Positions 53,501 through 64,000 of a stretch of DNA of 64,000 nucleotides are shown here, one piece after another. The position numbers were made by a program, and so were the translations under genes. Position 1 is the first letter of the stretch; each line of letters opens with the position of its first letter. Origin of the DNA: Lytechinus pictus (Eukaryota); the NCBI RefSeq assembly GCF_037042905.1, contig NC_087250.1:15564001-15628000 (forward strand). Reading direction: 5' to 3'. A model generated the notes under the pieces. It saw nothing but the letters and a program-made list of their open reading frames with translations, was not told where the DNA came from and searched no databases.

Positions 53501-56500
53501 CACATTATTCCTCCGCTTCAATCGTATCACCCAAGTTGATGAAGACATCCATAACTTAACGGTAAGTGCATCTTTATCTTTATTTGCAGTTTTTAGCACC
53601 AGTGAATAATGTAAAGGCCCTGACAATATTTTTCAGCGTGGACCGTCAAGAATCCATTCTGTTTTTATACCTAGAGTTGTTACCCAAACCGGGTGGGTGT
53701 TTCATAAAGCTGTTCGTAAGTTAAGAGTGACTTTAAGAACGACTGGTGAACCTTTCTTATGCGCTAAATAATCACCAATGTACATGCAATGGTGAACATC
53801 ATTTACCACAAGAAAGGATCACCAGTCATTCATAAAGTCGCTTTTAACTTACGAACAGCTTTATGAATCACCCACCTGTTGCGGTACGGGTCGACCTGCC
53901 GGTATGCCCCCAATCGCTGGTTGCATGCTTTCGAGATTACAGACCCATTTTGTGGTACAATGCCACCCCCAGAACTTTGCAAAAAAGTGGATTGAATTGG
54001 TGATTTTTAAAGTGAATTCACTCAAGATTAGTTGGAATATATTTTCCTGATGTGGGAATAGCATCATGGTGAATACATCGATTACACATAGATTGTGTGA
54101 TTCAAGCCTCGGGTTCAAACCCAAACGCGTCAGCGGGTCCCACTTGCAAATCATTGGATTATACAGGTCGGTATGGGTCGGGTTTTCACTTGTTGGTTAC
54201 AGCACTAGTTTCACCTACTATTAGGCCCGGGACTTTCAGGTATTTTTGTCTCGGGTACCCACAATAATTTTCGGGCAGGTACCCGAAAATCATGTTGCAT
54301 GAAAAAGACTGATGGAACAACCTCCATAACATAGTGCCATAGGTAACGTTATCCAGCCACTGCCGCAAGCCAATTTATGAATGAAAATATAGTAAGCATG
54401 CGCAGTGCAATCCTCCCGTGCCCCACGCAGTATCCCATCAAAACAAGTCTGCAATACTCTATCACCTCGTACCTAAATCGATCTAGAATTCGAAATTTCC
54501 TATTTCTTATATGAATTATGAAAGGTTTTCTCGGAGGATCTGTTTTCTCACTGATGTCACACGGGTAAGCAAATTAGGATTACTTCTTGCTTTTCCATCA
54601 AAATCTTACGAAGTAGCGTCGTATAGCATCATGTTTGTGAGTTTGTAGAATCTATCGCTTCATGCACAAAGTCAATTGATTTCCGGGTTTTGGAGCGTGG
54701 AAAGCACCAGCCAATCACGACCGTGTTACCATTTTCGGTTAATGATGAACTGAAAATGGTAACACGAACATGATTGCTAGCGCTTCGTATGCTCATGCTG
54801 CAAAATAAACGTGGCGAGGATTGAACAATCTCAGTCACAACTGGAGAAACTTGTTGATTTATAGATATTCCGAGGGTAATTGGTGAGACTTGTGTACTTT
54901 TGTGATGAGTTACAATCATGTCTTACACTACGCAATTCAAATCATATACATTTACATTATATTGGTTAGCAATTTCGGGTATCGGAGGCTTCCGGGCGGG
55001 ACCCGGGTACCCAGGTTTTAGTCCCAGCCCTACCTACTGGCCCGTATTCTGAAGTCGGGTTTAACTTAAACTCAGGTTTAAAGTTGTGGTTTAAGTATGG
55101 CAAGCCAAAAGTATCAAATTTTTATTAAGTTGTATGTTTCTTATGTTTACTGTGCTCTTTCCTGATTCATCGATGGTGAAGACAATCATCTATTTATACT
55201 TCCTACACAATTATGAATGATTTGAGAGCCGAATGAGCTAAAGTTTGATATCTCTAATGTTAGTAATTATGTAATAATTGGCTGTCCATACTTATACCAC
55301 AACTTTAAACCTGAGTTTAAGTTAAACCCGACTTGGGCCACTATCTTAATTATTTTGTTGTCATCCTGTTTTCTACCTGTAGAAGCTAACGATGTTGAGC
55401 CTGCGGGAGAACAAGATCAAAGCATTGCCGAGAGGAATAGGAAAGCTTACACTTCTGACAACGTTTGACGTCTCTCACAATCACCTGGAACATCTTCCAG
55501 AAGGTAAAATGTGACTTACTTAAAGGACAAGTCCACCCCAACAAAAACTTGATTTGAATAAAAATAGAAAAATCCAACAAGCATAATGCTGAAAATTTCA
55601 TCAAAATCGGATGTAAAATAAGACAGTTGTGACATTTTAAAGTTTTGCTTCATTTCACAAAACAGTTGTATTAACATCCTGGTTAGTATGCAAATGAGGG
55701 AACTGATGACATCACTCACTATTTCTTTTGTATTTCATTATATGAAATATTTTGATTTTCTTGTCATTGTCATGTGAAATGAAGTTTCATTCCTCCCTGA
55801 ACACGTGGAATTCCATTATTTTAACATTTTGTGGTTCAGGCAAGGAGGTCCTAATAGTTAAATTCGTAAAATTTGAAATATTGTATCATTCAAACAATAA
55901 AAAACAAAAGAAATAGTGAGTGAGTGACATCATGTAACATGGATGTAACTGACTCGTTCATAGAACTATTCTGTGAATAATAAGAAAAACTTTGAAATGT
56001 CATAATTTTCTTATTTTACATCCGATTTTGATGAAATTTTCAGCATTGTGCTTGTCTGATTTTTCTCTATTGATTCAAATCTACATTTTTCTGAGGTGGA
56101 CTTGACCTTTAAAAATGAAAACCTTCAATATTTTGAAAATTTCTCTACACAATCCTGTTACCTTATTACAGTGGTCTACATCCGGCACTATGCCCGTGCG
56201 GTGATCGGGGATGTCAAATTTACACTTGGTCAGAAATAGCCAAGTTAATATAGGGTTACATGACGAAAACCTTTCATTTGAAAACACTTTACCCCAGTTT
56301 CCCTCAATCAATTCTCTTCTCCAAGTACGACAAACCATAACTGCCCCAAGCAAGCAATTTAAGTATCAAAACACCTGTTTCTTGACCTCGGTCCGAAGAT
56401 AACACAACAGCCCGAGCAAAGCATGCCGTCATTTTAATTCACTTACTTTCCTTATTTCGAGGTCGATTTTCTTCGTTCGAACTTGAAAATGGACTAACAT

Positions 56501-59500
56501 TGGATTTTTGAATACTATATGCATTTGAAAACGTGATTAAATATCGAATACAATAATTTCATTCCGAAGGTCCTACTACAGGCAGAGAAGTCTTACGTAA
56601 TAGCACAGCTGTTGTTTATCATTTCGTCCTTGGCTCAACGCTCATAATCTGGCCTGTGGAGGTAAAATTGAGACAGCGGGGATTACCTGGCCTAGCGGGA
56701 TTGATCAGGCGGGTGTTTCATAAAGCTGTTCGTAAATAAAGAGCGACTGGTGATCCTGTCTTGCGGTAAATGGTACACACCATTGGCGAAGATCTAGCGC
56801 GCGAGAAAGGATCACCAGTCGTTCTTAAAGTCGCTCTTAACTTACGAGCAGCTTTATGAAACGGCCCCCTGGGCTTGGAAATGATTTTGGGATTTACAAA
56901 CGCAAAATGGGGTATAGAACCGCAGTTTGCAATCTGAACTGCGGTCTTTCTCCAAACGGGGGTTTGATGTAATGTATCACTAAAAGGACTGGGGGATGAT
57001 GCCCCCCCTTGATTCACACAATATTTTCATAATGCACAGAGATAGAACCGCAAAATTTAATGACTTTTTTCATTTGAAGTCTTGCGCAACTTTTGATACC
57101 AAATTCGATGTGACTTTTTACGAGACGATGTCATGCCGATAATGATTCTTTTTTTAAAATACTTTTGTGTGCAAAATAAGGAAATTCATAAAAGGTTGAT
57201 TATTTATCATTTTAATTTGCTTTTTGGAAAACTATAGATAGGATTAGAAAGATGTTATCTGGGAAAAGAAGAAAAATTAAAGTGAAATTGGGTGGTAAAT
57301 ATGCAAATATTGTTTTCATGAATAAATTGAATATTTTATTCATGATAATAAAAGAAAATTAATATTTTTCTTTTACTGGCTTATATTCTATGTTGTGAGG
57401 AATATGTGTGCCAATTTCTGGTGTGATCGCGCAAATGGCAGCCTAGATCAGAAGGGGGGGGGGGAATCTTGCTCCCCCCCTCCCAGTCCAAGATGCATCT
57501 CAAATAGTTCAGTCCTTTTAGGGTTAAGTAGGTTGTTATTTTCTACCAAGTGTTATAAATTTCACTAGACTAAAACGAGAAAAATATAACCTCTTCTTAT
57601 TTGAAATAGAAATTGGGAACTATTCCCATTGGTCCGTAGACCTTCAGCACAATGAGTTCCTGGACTGGTTCTTTCCGTTACTATAACCAAACAATGCTCT
57701 TCTTATTTGAAATAGAAATTGGGAACTGTTCCCATTGGTCCGTAGACCTTTAGGACAATGTGTTCCTGGACTGGTTCTTTTCATTACTATAACCAAACAA
57801 ACCTCTTCTTATTTGAAATAGAAATCGGGAACTGTACTCTGCTATCCTCACTGGACCTACAGCACAATGAGCTCCTGGACCTCCCTGAGTCTATTGGTAA
57901 CCTCAACTGTTTGAGTCGCCTTGGCCTGAGGTATAACCGACTTACCGCCATCCCAAAGAGTCTCAGCAACTGTGTCAATCTTGAGGAATTCAACGTCGAA
58001 GGCAACAACATTGGTATCCTACCAGTATGTACCTCGGTTCAATTCATTCATTCTTTTGCATTAAAAACATTCTTGTACATTCATAGTAAATACACGTAAT
58101 ACATATAAGAGCGACAGATAAATGCAAGGGTAACGGGACGTAGGAAAATATGTTTACTCTTTGGTTTTGCTATGTCCCGTTGCCTCGGTCATTCATCTGT
58201 AACGCTGTCTAATATATTTGTCAAAATCTGCCCCTGAAAAATTGGTTATGCACTGATTTCTTCACCACTTGACGTTGGGAATGCCTTGCTTTACATTTTA
58301 CCCAACACCCAGTTGTCTAAACTAAAAAAGCTCCAAAACGTTGCAGCACGTATGCTGATTGTATCCAAAAAACATGTTCATGTCACGCCCATTCTGAAAT
58401 CTCTACATTAAAGGTCAACGGTCGCATCATCTTCAAAATCCTTCTTGTATTTCATGCAATTAACGGTTCTGTTTTACAATACAATTTTTTATTTCATTAA
58501 CAAATACACTCTTTTCAGGTCCCTATGTTCATTAAACTCATGTTCCCTAGTTATCAAATCTGCTTAGACATGGGGTACAGGCTTTTCGTCCATAGGAGTG
58601 GATTTAGTGCATTATTATTATCATCATTTATCGGTCTTCAGGTTTTGCGATACAAGAATCAAAGATTAGAATAATAATGACCAATGCACCAAAAAACATA
58701 CATGAAACCAATGAAAACAGCATTCTTACACAAATACAAATGACAAATGTAAATAGCAGAAAAAGTTGTTGAGTTACTATCAAAGTTTCAAAATGAAACA
58801 ATGGAAAGTGAAAATCAATAGATCAAAAACTGTCACTGTAGCATTAACTGATTTTATGTTTTTCTCAAGAACTAAGTATTGAAGTAAACTATTCAGCTTC
58901 CACCCTTCTCCATCTCTTCATCACAGGAAGGACTTCTTTGCTCATTAAACAAACTGACAAGCATATGCCTGTCAAGGAATAACTTCACTGCATACCCAGT
59001 AGGAGGACCACAGCAATTTGCTACAGTCGATGTAAGTAATAAATTCTTATTTAGCTGTACTGTGGCTCAGTTCATGTCTCTTTGGTCTCCGAACCTCATG
59101 GTCAAGGGTTCAAATCCCACCGCTGCACTTCCATCCTTTGGCAAGGCACTTGTCTACATTTGATTCACCCACTTTTTAAGACCAACTGGTGATCCTCTCT
59201 TGTGGAAAATTGTATAAAGCAAAATGTTCATAAGCAATGGTTTAGCGCGTAAGAAAGGTTCACCAGTCGTTCTTAAAGTCGCTCTTAACTTACGAACAGC
59301 TTTATGAAACGGCACACTGTTTTACTTTCAATTGGTCCAATGCCAATTCGTCCAATTACCAACTTGTATACCATAATTTGGTCTACCATCAGTTTGTCCA
59401 CTATCCACATGGTCTAAACGCTATTCTGTCGAGTCGCCATTTCGTCTGATAACCAGTTGGTCCAATAGCCATTTAGTCCATATACCATTTGGTATAATTA

Positions 59501-62500
59501 GACTGTTATTTGGGCAAAATGAATGAAAAGGAAATCGGTATTAGACCAACTGATTATGAGACGAAATGGTCAAAGACAAACTGGTGATTAGACGAATGAC
59601 AAAGGGATTATTGGACCAAATGGTTGTTGGACCAAATTGTTACACAAAATGTTGATAGACGGAATGGCATTAGACCAAATGAAGGTAGAACATGTGATGT
59701 GCGGACGAGTTGGCAATAGACAAATTGGCAATTTACCTGGTAGGAAAGCATTCCTAGAATGCTTGATTGCCAGCTGAGAGTAGCTTGCCTCTGACGGGGT
59801 TATAGTATACAGCGCTAAGAAGTGTTTTAAGAATTGCTTTATAAATGTAGCTTGTTAATTTAGTCATTATTTAAGTGAACAACCGACTTAAAGCAATGGC
59901 TTTTAGTAAAATGATTATTTATTGTGCTTGCATTAAGATCTGTTTGATTAACTGACTAGTACAACATGATTCCTTTTTTTTCCAATTCTCTGTTTCTCAG
60001 ACGATCAATATGGATCACAATCAGATCAACAAGATTCCTTTTGGGATTTTCAGTCGATCAAAGTACCTGACCAAACTCAACATGAAGGACAACCAGTTGA
60101 CTGCTCTTCCACTAGGTGAGTGTACAATCTGTCTCAAAGTCAGAAGACCAATCTGGGCCACAGTGCTGTACATATTGCTGTTCATTGTACAGATTTATAT
60201 CTCGGTGCCTTGCTGGTTCCATGACATTTGCTCTGGCGACAATTTGCTCCGCTGGAAATTCCACACATTAATGGACTGACCATCTTCAACCTTGGGTTTA
60301 ACGCTGTACCCTACCAGAAAACCTGAGAAAATGTTCTTTATTCCACAACCATGAAATGATTTGGTCCTTACCGGGTCCATGACATTTGCTCCGGCGACAA
60401 TTGCTCCGCTAGAAATTCCACACATTAATGGACTGATTAACTTCAACCTTGGGTTTAACGTTATACCCTAAGCTAACATGAAACCTGAGAAAACGTACTT
60501 TATTCCACAATCACGAAAATTTACCTGTTTTCTGGTAAGCTTTCGCTTGCTAGGCTGCAAGCTTCGTCAGACAATCATAGCTGTAGTAGCTGATTATGGG
60601 TGACTAACATATGGCTGACTAGCAGCTACTAACATAAAACCCTATTGCAACCCTAACCCTATATCTGAGATGAAATAAAGCCTGGAGCAATTGTCGCCGT
60701 AGCAAATGTCTTGTCACCGCCTTGCCGGAGTCTCTTATAAATCTTTTTTTTTTTTACTTTGTTTATCAGATGTTAACAGTTGGACGAGTATGGTAGAGCT
60801 GAATCTTGGCACAAATCAGATCAGCAAGCTGCCAGAAGATATTGAACACCTTACATCATTAGAGGTTCTTATCCTTAGTAATAATCTTCTCAGGGTGAGT
60901 TATCAGAAACTATTCCACTTAGAGAGGTACAGAATAAAGTCTAAGATATTGAATACCTTACATCATTAGAGGTTCTTATCCTTTGTAATAATCTTCTCAG
61001 GGTGAGTTATTAAAAACTATTCCACTTATAGAGGTACAGAATAAGGTCTAAGATATTGAACACCTTACATCATTAGAGGTTCTTATCCTTTGTAATAATC
61101 TTCTCAGGGTGAGTTATTAAAAACTATTCCACTTATAGAGGTACAGAATAAGGTCTAAGATATTGAACACCTTACATCATTAGAGGTTCTTATCCTTTGT
61201 AATAATCTTCTCATGGTGAGTTATTAAAAACTATTCCACTTATAGAAGTACAGAATAAGGTCCAAGGTATTGAACACCTTACATCATTAGAGGTTCTTAT
61301 CCTTAGTAATAATCTTCTCAGGGTGAGTTATTAAGAAATATTCCACTTATAGAGGTACAGAATAAGGTCTAAGATATTGAAAACCTTACATCATTAGAGG
61401 TTTTTATCCTTTGTAATAATCTTCTCATGGTGAGTTATTAAAAACTATTCCACTTATAGAAGTACAGAATAAGGTCCAAGATATTGAACACCTGCCATCA
61501 TTAGAGGTTATTATCCTTAGTAATAATCTTCTCAGGGTGAGCAGACCTTCATTTTTGAGGAGTGCGATCGCGCCGGTGCTCCGACCGCGCTCCTAAAAAA
61601 AAATAAGGAGAACAAAAAATCGCGCTCCAAAAAAAAAAAGAAAAAACCTTCACAAAAAGTTGCTGAAATTTCACATTTTACATCTTTATATTCACGAAAT
61701 AGGCATCTGTTTTCCATAATTCCTTGAAATTATTTTGATTTAGTTGGAAACTACCGAAAAAATGAAGAATATTCACCTCTTTCCCGACTCTGATTTGATT
61801 TTAAACTCGGTAAATATTGTAGTCCCATATGTAGATTTTCATGGCAACACCATGGAAGTCTACAAGTGGGACTACAATATTTACCGAGTGTAAATTCAAA
61901 TCAGAGTTGGGAAAGAGGTGAATATTCTTCATTTTTCTGATAGTTTTCAATTAAATCAAAATAATTTCAAGGAATTATGGAAAATAGATGGCCATTTCAT
62001 GGATTTTAAGATGTAAAATGTGAAATTTAGCACTTTTTTTGTACAGTATTTTTTTTTTTTTTTTTTTTAAGCAGGAGCACGATATTTTGTAAACGTATTG
62101 ACCCAGGCCTAGTTTCACCACAGATTAATTAATAGCTACACAGCTATTGCATATACGATGTTAAGAAAAATCTACAATTTATCATACATGTATTGTATTG
62201 AATTGATTTGAGCTCCTCAAGGAGAGCAATTCTGAGGAGCTCAGTTGAGCTCAAAAAAATAAGGAGGGTGATTTATTGAGCTCCACAAAATTATAAATGT
62301 GAAGGACTGGGTGAGTTATTAATAACTATTCTACTTATAGAGATACAGAATAAGGTCAAAGATATTGAACACCTAACATCAGTAGAGGTTCTTATCCTTA
62401 GTAATAATCTTCTCAGGGTGAGTTATCAGAAACTATTCCACTTGTAGAGATACAGAATAAGGTCTAAGATATTGAACAAAAGGAGGTGGAGAAGAGGAGG

Positions 62501-63398
62501 AGGGGGAGAAGAATAGGAGTGGGAGAAGAAAAGGAGGTGGAGAAAAGAAAGGAGGAGGGGAGAAGGAGAAGGAAAGGAGGGGAGAAGGAAAGAAGGAGGG
62601 GGAGAAGAGAAGGAGGAGGTGGAGAAAAGAAGGATAGGAGGGGGAGAAGAGGAGGGGTGAAGGAAAGAAGGAGGGGGGAAGAAAAGGAGCTGGGAGAGAA
62701 GAAGAAGAAGAGGAAAAAGAGGAGGGGTAGAGGAAAAAGGAGGGGTAGAGGAAAAAGGAGGGGAGAAGAGAAGGAGGAGGGGGGGGGGGAGGAGGGGAGA
62801 AGAAGAGGAGGGGGAGAAGAGAAGGAGGGGAGAAAAGAACGAGGAGGTGAAGAAAAGATGGAGGAGGGGGAGAAGAAAAAGAGGAGGGGGAGAGAAGGAG
62901 AAGGGGAAAAAGAAAAGGGGGAAAAGAGAAGGAGGGGGGGAGATGAGAAAGAGGAGTGTGAGAAGAAAAGGAGGAGGGAGAGAAGAGAAGGAGGAGGGAG
63001 AGAAGAGAAAGAGGATGGGGAGAAGAAAAGGAGGGAGGGAAGAGGAGGAGGAGAGGGAGAAGAAAATTAGGAGGGGAGAAGCAAAAGAGGAGGAGGGGAG
63101 AAGAGAAGGGGGAGGGGGAGAAGAGAATGAAGTAAATGTGGAAGAGGAAAAACAAATAAGATATGGAAGATGAATCACACTGACTGAAATGTTCATAATT
63201 ATATTCAAACATGAAATTTATCCATATCCTATATTGATATATTCTAATAAATCAGTAGTGTATAAAATCTCAAAACACAGTTGATGATATTAATTTCTAA
63301 ATTTTTGCAGAGACTTCCAAGCAGGATTGGGAACCTGAGTAGATTGAGAGAATTAGATCTTGAGGAGAACAAATTAGAAGCTTTGCCCTCTGAAATAG
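47355..63398 (+). CDS. SHOC2: Leucine-rich repeat protein SHOC2 (Sur-8/soc-2), 11 coding exons, 3'-incomplete in window
   Basis: Phase-consistent GT-AG exons collinear with recalled human SHOC2 ([41 protein letters not shown]). Confidence 0.96.
49007..49075 (+). CDS. SHOC2: SHOC2 exon 2 ([23 protein letters not shown])
   Basis: ctgtag acceptor / gtatgt donor; homology. Confidence 0.9.
49515..50094. mobile_element. Kolobok-like non-autonomous element (SHOC2 intron 2)
   Basis: AGGACAAGTCCA...TGGACTTGACCT with TTAA TSD. Confidence 0.8.
50297..50326 (+). CDS. SHOC2: SHOC2 exon 3, 30-nt microexon ([10 protein letters not shown])
   Basis: attcag acceptor / gtaagt donor; matches human IHILPSSIKE. 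Confidence 0.88.
50789..51723. mobile_element. TTAA-flanked element (Kolobok-like)
   Basis: Perfect TIR ggacgttccacagtta; TTAA on both sides. Confidence 0.8.
52540..52725 (+). CDS. SHOC2: SHOC2 exon 4 ([12 protein letters not shown]...LRHNKLKE)
   Basis: LRRs and splice sites. Confidence 0.95.
53466..53561 (+). CDS. SHOC2: SHOC2 exon 5 ([32 protein letters not shown])
   Basis: Splice sites and homology. Confidence 0.93.
54222..55032. mobile_element. hAT-like element
   Basis: tagg..gggact TIR; TSD cctactat, right copy split by MITE 55039-55339. Confidence 0.7.
55383..55503 (+). CDS. SHOC2: SHOC2 exon 6 ([13 protein letters not shown]...HNHLEHLPE)
   Basis: Splice sites and homology. Confidence 0.93.
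55524..56108. mobile_element. Kolobok-like element 20 bp downstream of SHOC2 exon 6
   Basis: Same family as 49515; TTAA TSD. Confidence 0.8.
57588..57880 (+). repeat. 106-bp tandem repeat spanning the intron 6 / exon 7 acceptor (3 copies)
   Basis: aaatag acceptor-like sites end at 57609, 57715 and 57821. Confidence 0.9.
57822..58024 (+). CDS. SHOC2: SHOC2 exon 7 ([21 protein letters not shown]...NNIGILP)
   Basis: Phase-1 acceptor aaatag; homology. Confidence 0.93.
58240..58600 (+). mobile_element. Old L2-type LINE 3' fragment
   Basis: [10 protein letters not shown]...[10 protein letters not shown]. Confidence 0.65.
58927..59031 (+). CDS. SHOC2: SHOC2 exon 8 ([10 protein letters not shown]...[13 protein letters not shown])
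   Basis: Splice sites; YPVGGP signature. Confidence 0.95.
59330..59737. repeat. Inverted-arm element built of short ccaattcgtc/gaccaaatgg motifs
   Basis: Motif orientation flips at the centre. Confidence 0.6.
60001..60115 (+). CDS. SHOC2: SHOC2 exon 9 ([19 protein letters not shown]...LPL)
   Basis: Splice sites and homology. Confidence 0.95.
60215..60720. mobile_element. MITE family with gacatttgctccggcgacaattgctcc ends and ccctaa-like interior; relative at 19505-19715
   Basis: TIRs and dispersed copies. Confidence 0.65.
60770..60894 (+). CDS. SHOC2: SHOC2 exon 10 ([17 protein letters not shown]...LSNNLLR)
   Basis: Splice sites and homology. Confidence 0.95.
60836..62478 (+). repeat. 107-bp tandem array spanning the SHOC2 exon 10 donor
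   Basis: Exon-end/donor positions at 60894, 61001, 61108, 61215, 61322, 61429, 61536, 62417. Confidence 0.95.
61542..62309. mobile_element. CAG-terminated element with 6-bp TSD (ggtgag) and long internal palindrome
   Basis: cagaccttca/tgaaggactg; TSD at 61536-61541 and 62310-62315. Confidence 0.8.
62479..63150. repeat. Purine-rich (GGA/GAA) low-complexity tract in SHOC2 intron 10
   Basis: Direct inspection. Confidence 0.9.
63311..63398 (+). CDS. SHOC2: SHOC2 exon 11 ([29 protein letters not shown])
   Basis: ttgcag acceptor / gtgagt donor; homology. Confidence 0.95.
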
Positions 63399-64000
63399 GT
63401 GAGTCCTAATTTGTTTTCTCAAGGGGGCTGTCACTCGCACCTGGGGGGGGGGGGTGGGGAGGTGTTTCACAAAGTTTCTGATATATATGGTAGGCCTCTT
63501 CTCTTAGATTACTTAACTGTTGTCATGGAAAATCCAGCATTTTCTATATTCCAGAATTTATTTTAATTTCAATTTCCATGAATTTAGCTTATTCAGGAAT
63601 AAAAAAAATTAAATGAATGTGAGTTTCTGCAAAGTGTATTTTTAAGCATATTTAGTGATTGAAATTCAGGATAAAACATATTAATATTGCTAGAAGAGTA
63701 TGTTTTTAATTTTGTCTGTCTGTCTGGTGACAGGGATTCTTATGATGTTTTATTTCATCACAAGCTAGGTCCAAAATGTTCTTATAAATAGTACAATTCT
63801 GTTATTGTATACAAAATTTGCACTGATGATATTCTATGAGTGGAGCATGAGGGTTGGAATTAACTTGAAATGCGCTGTAAGTAATTATGGCCGCCAAGCT
63901 ATAGCTGGGGTAATAATATCCAAGATCTATAGAGGTGCATAGAGACATTAGAATCATAATGTGATATGCGCTATACAAGAACTGTTTCTGTTTTTATCAT

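Noticed and set aside
60836..62478. CRISPR-like regular repeat
   Set aside because: No unique spacers, whole units repeat, eukaryotic intron, no cas genes
62426..63212. 194-260 aa ORFs on both strands
   Set aside because: Translations of a low-complexity purine tract inside SHOC2 intron 10

Overview
AT-rich, repeat-dense animal genomic DNA. The repeat families and tRNA-SINEs suggest a deuterostome invertebrate, probably a sea urchin (inference, not checked). Two spliced + strand genes were reconstructed by hand from GT-AG exons. One is a complete 72-aa TMEM167A/kish gene (18468-21900) that the ORF track misses. The other is the first 11 coding exons of SHOC2/Sur-8 (47355-63398), which continues past the window. 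The rest is nested LINE fragments, tRNA-SINEs, many non-autonomous DNA transposons with readable TIRs/TSDs (Kolobok-, hAT-, Harbinger-, EnSpm- and Helentron-like) and low-complexity tracts. The most unusual structures are: (1) tandem arrays that duplicate real SHOC2 splice junctions (7 extra donors after exon 10, 2 extra acceptors before exon 7); (2) a 6.9-kb Academ-like foldback element with about 20 RFX X-box palindromes in its arms and YY1-like motifs in an inner palindrome; (3) CAG-terminated elements with 6-bp and 5-bp TSDs; (4) a Helentron-type element carrying arrayed DR1 nuclear-receptor sites upstream of the SHOC2 coding start. Family assignments come from termini/TSD rules and recalled protein sequences, not database searches.
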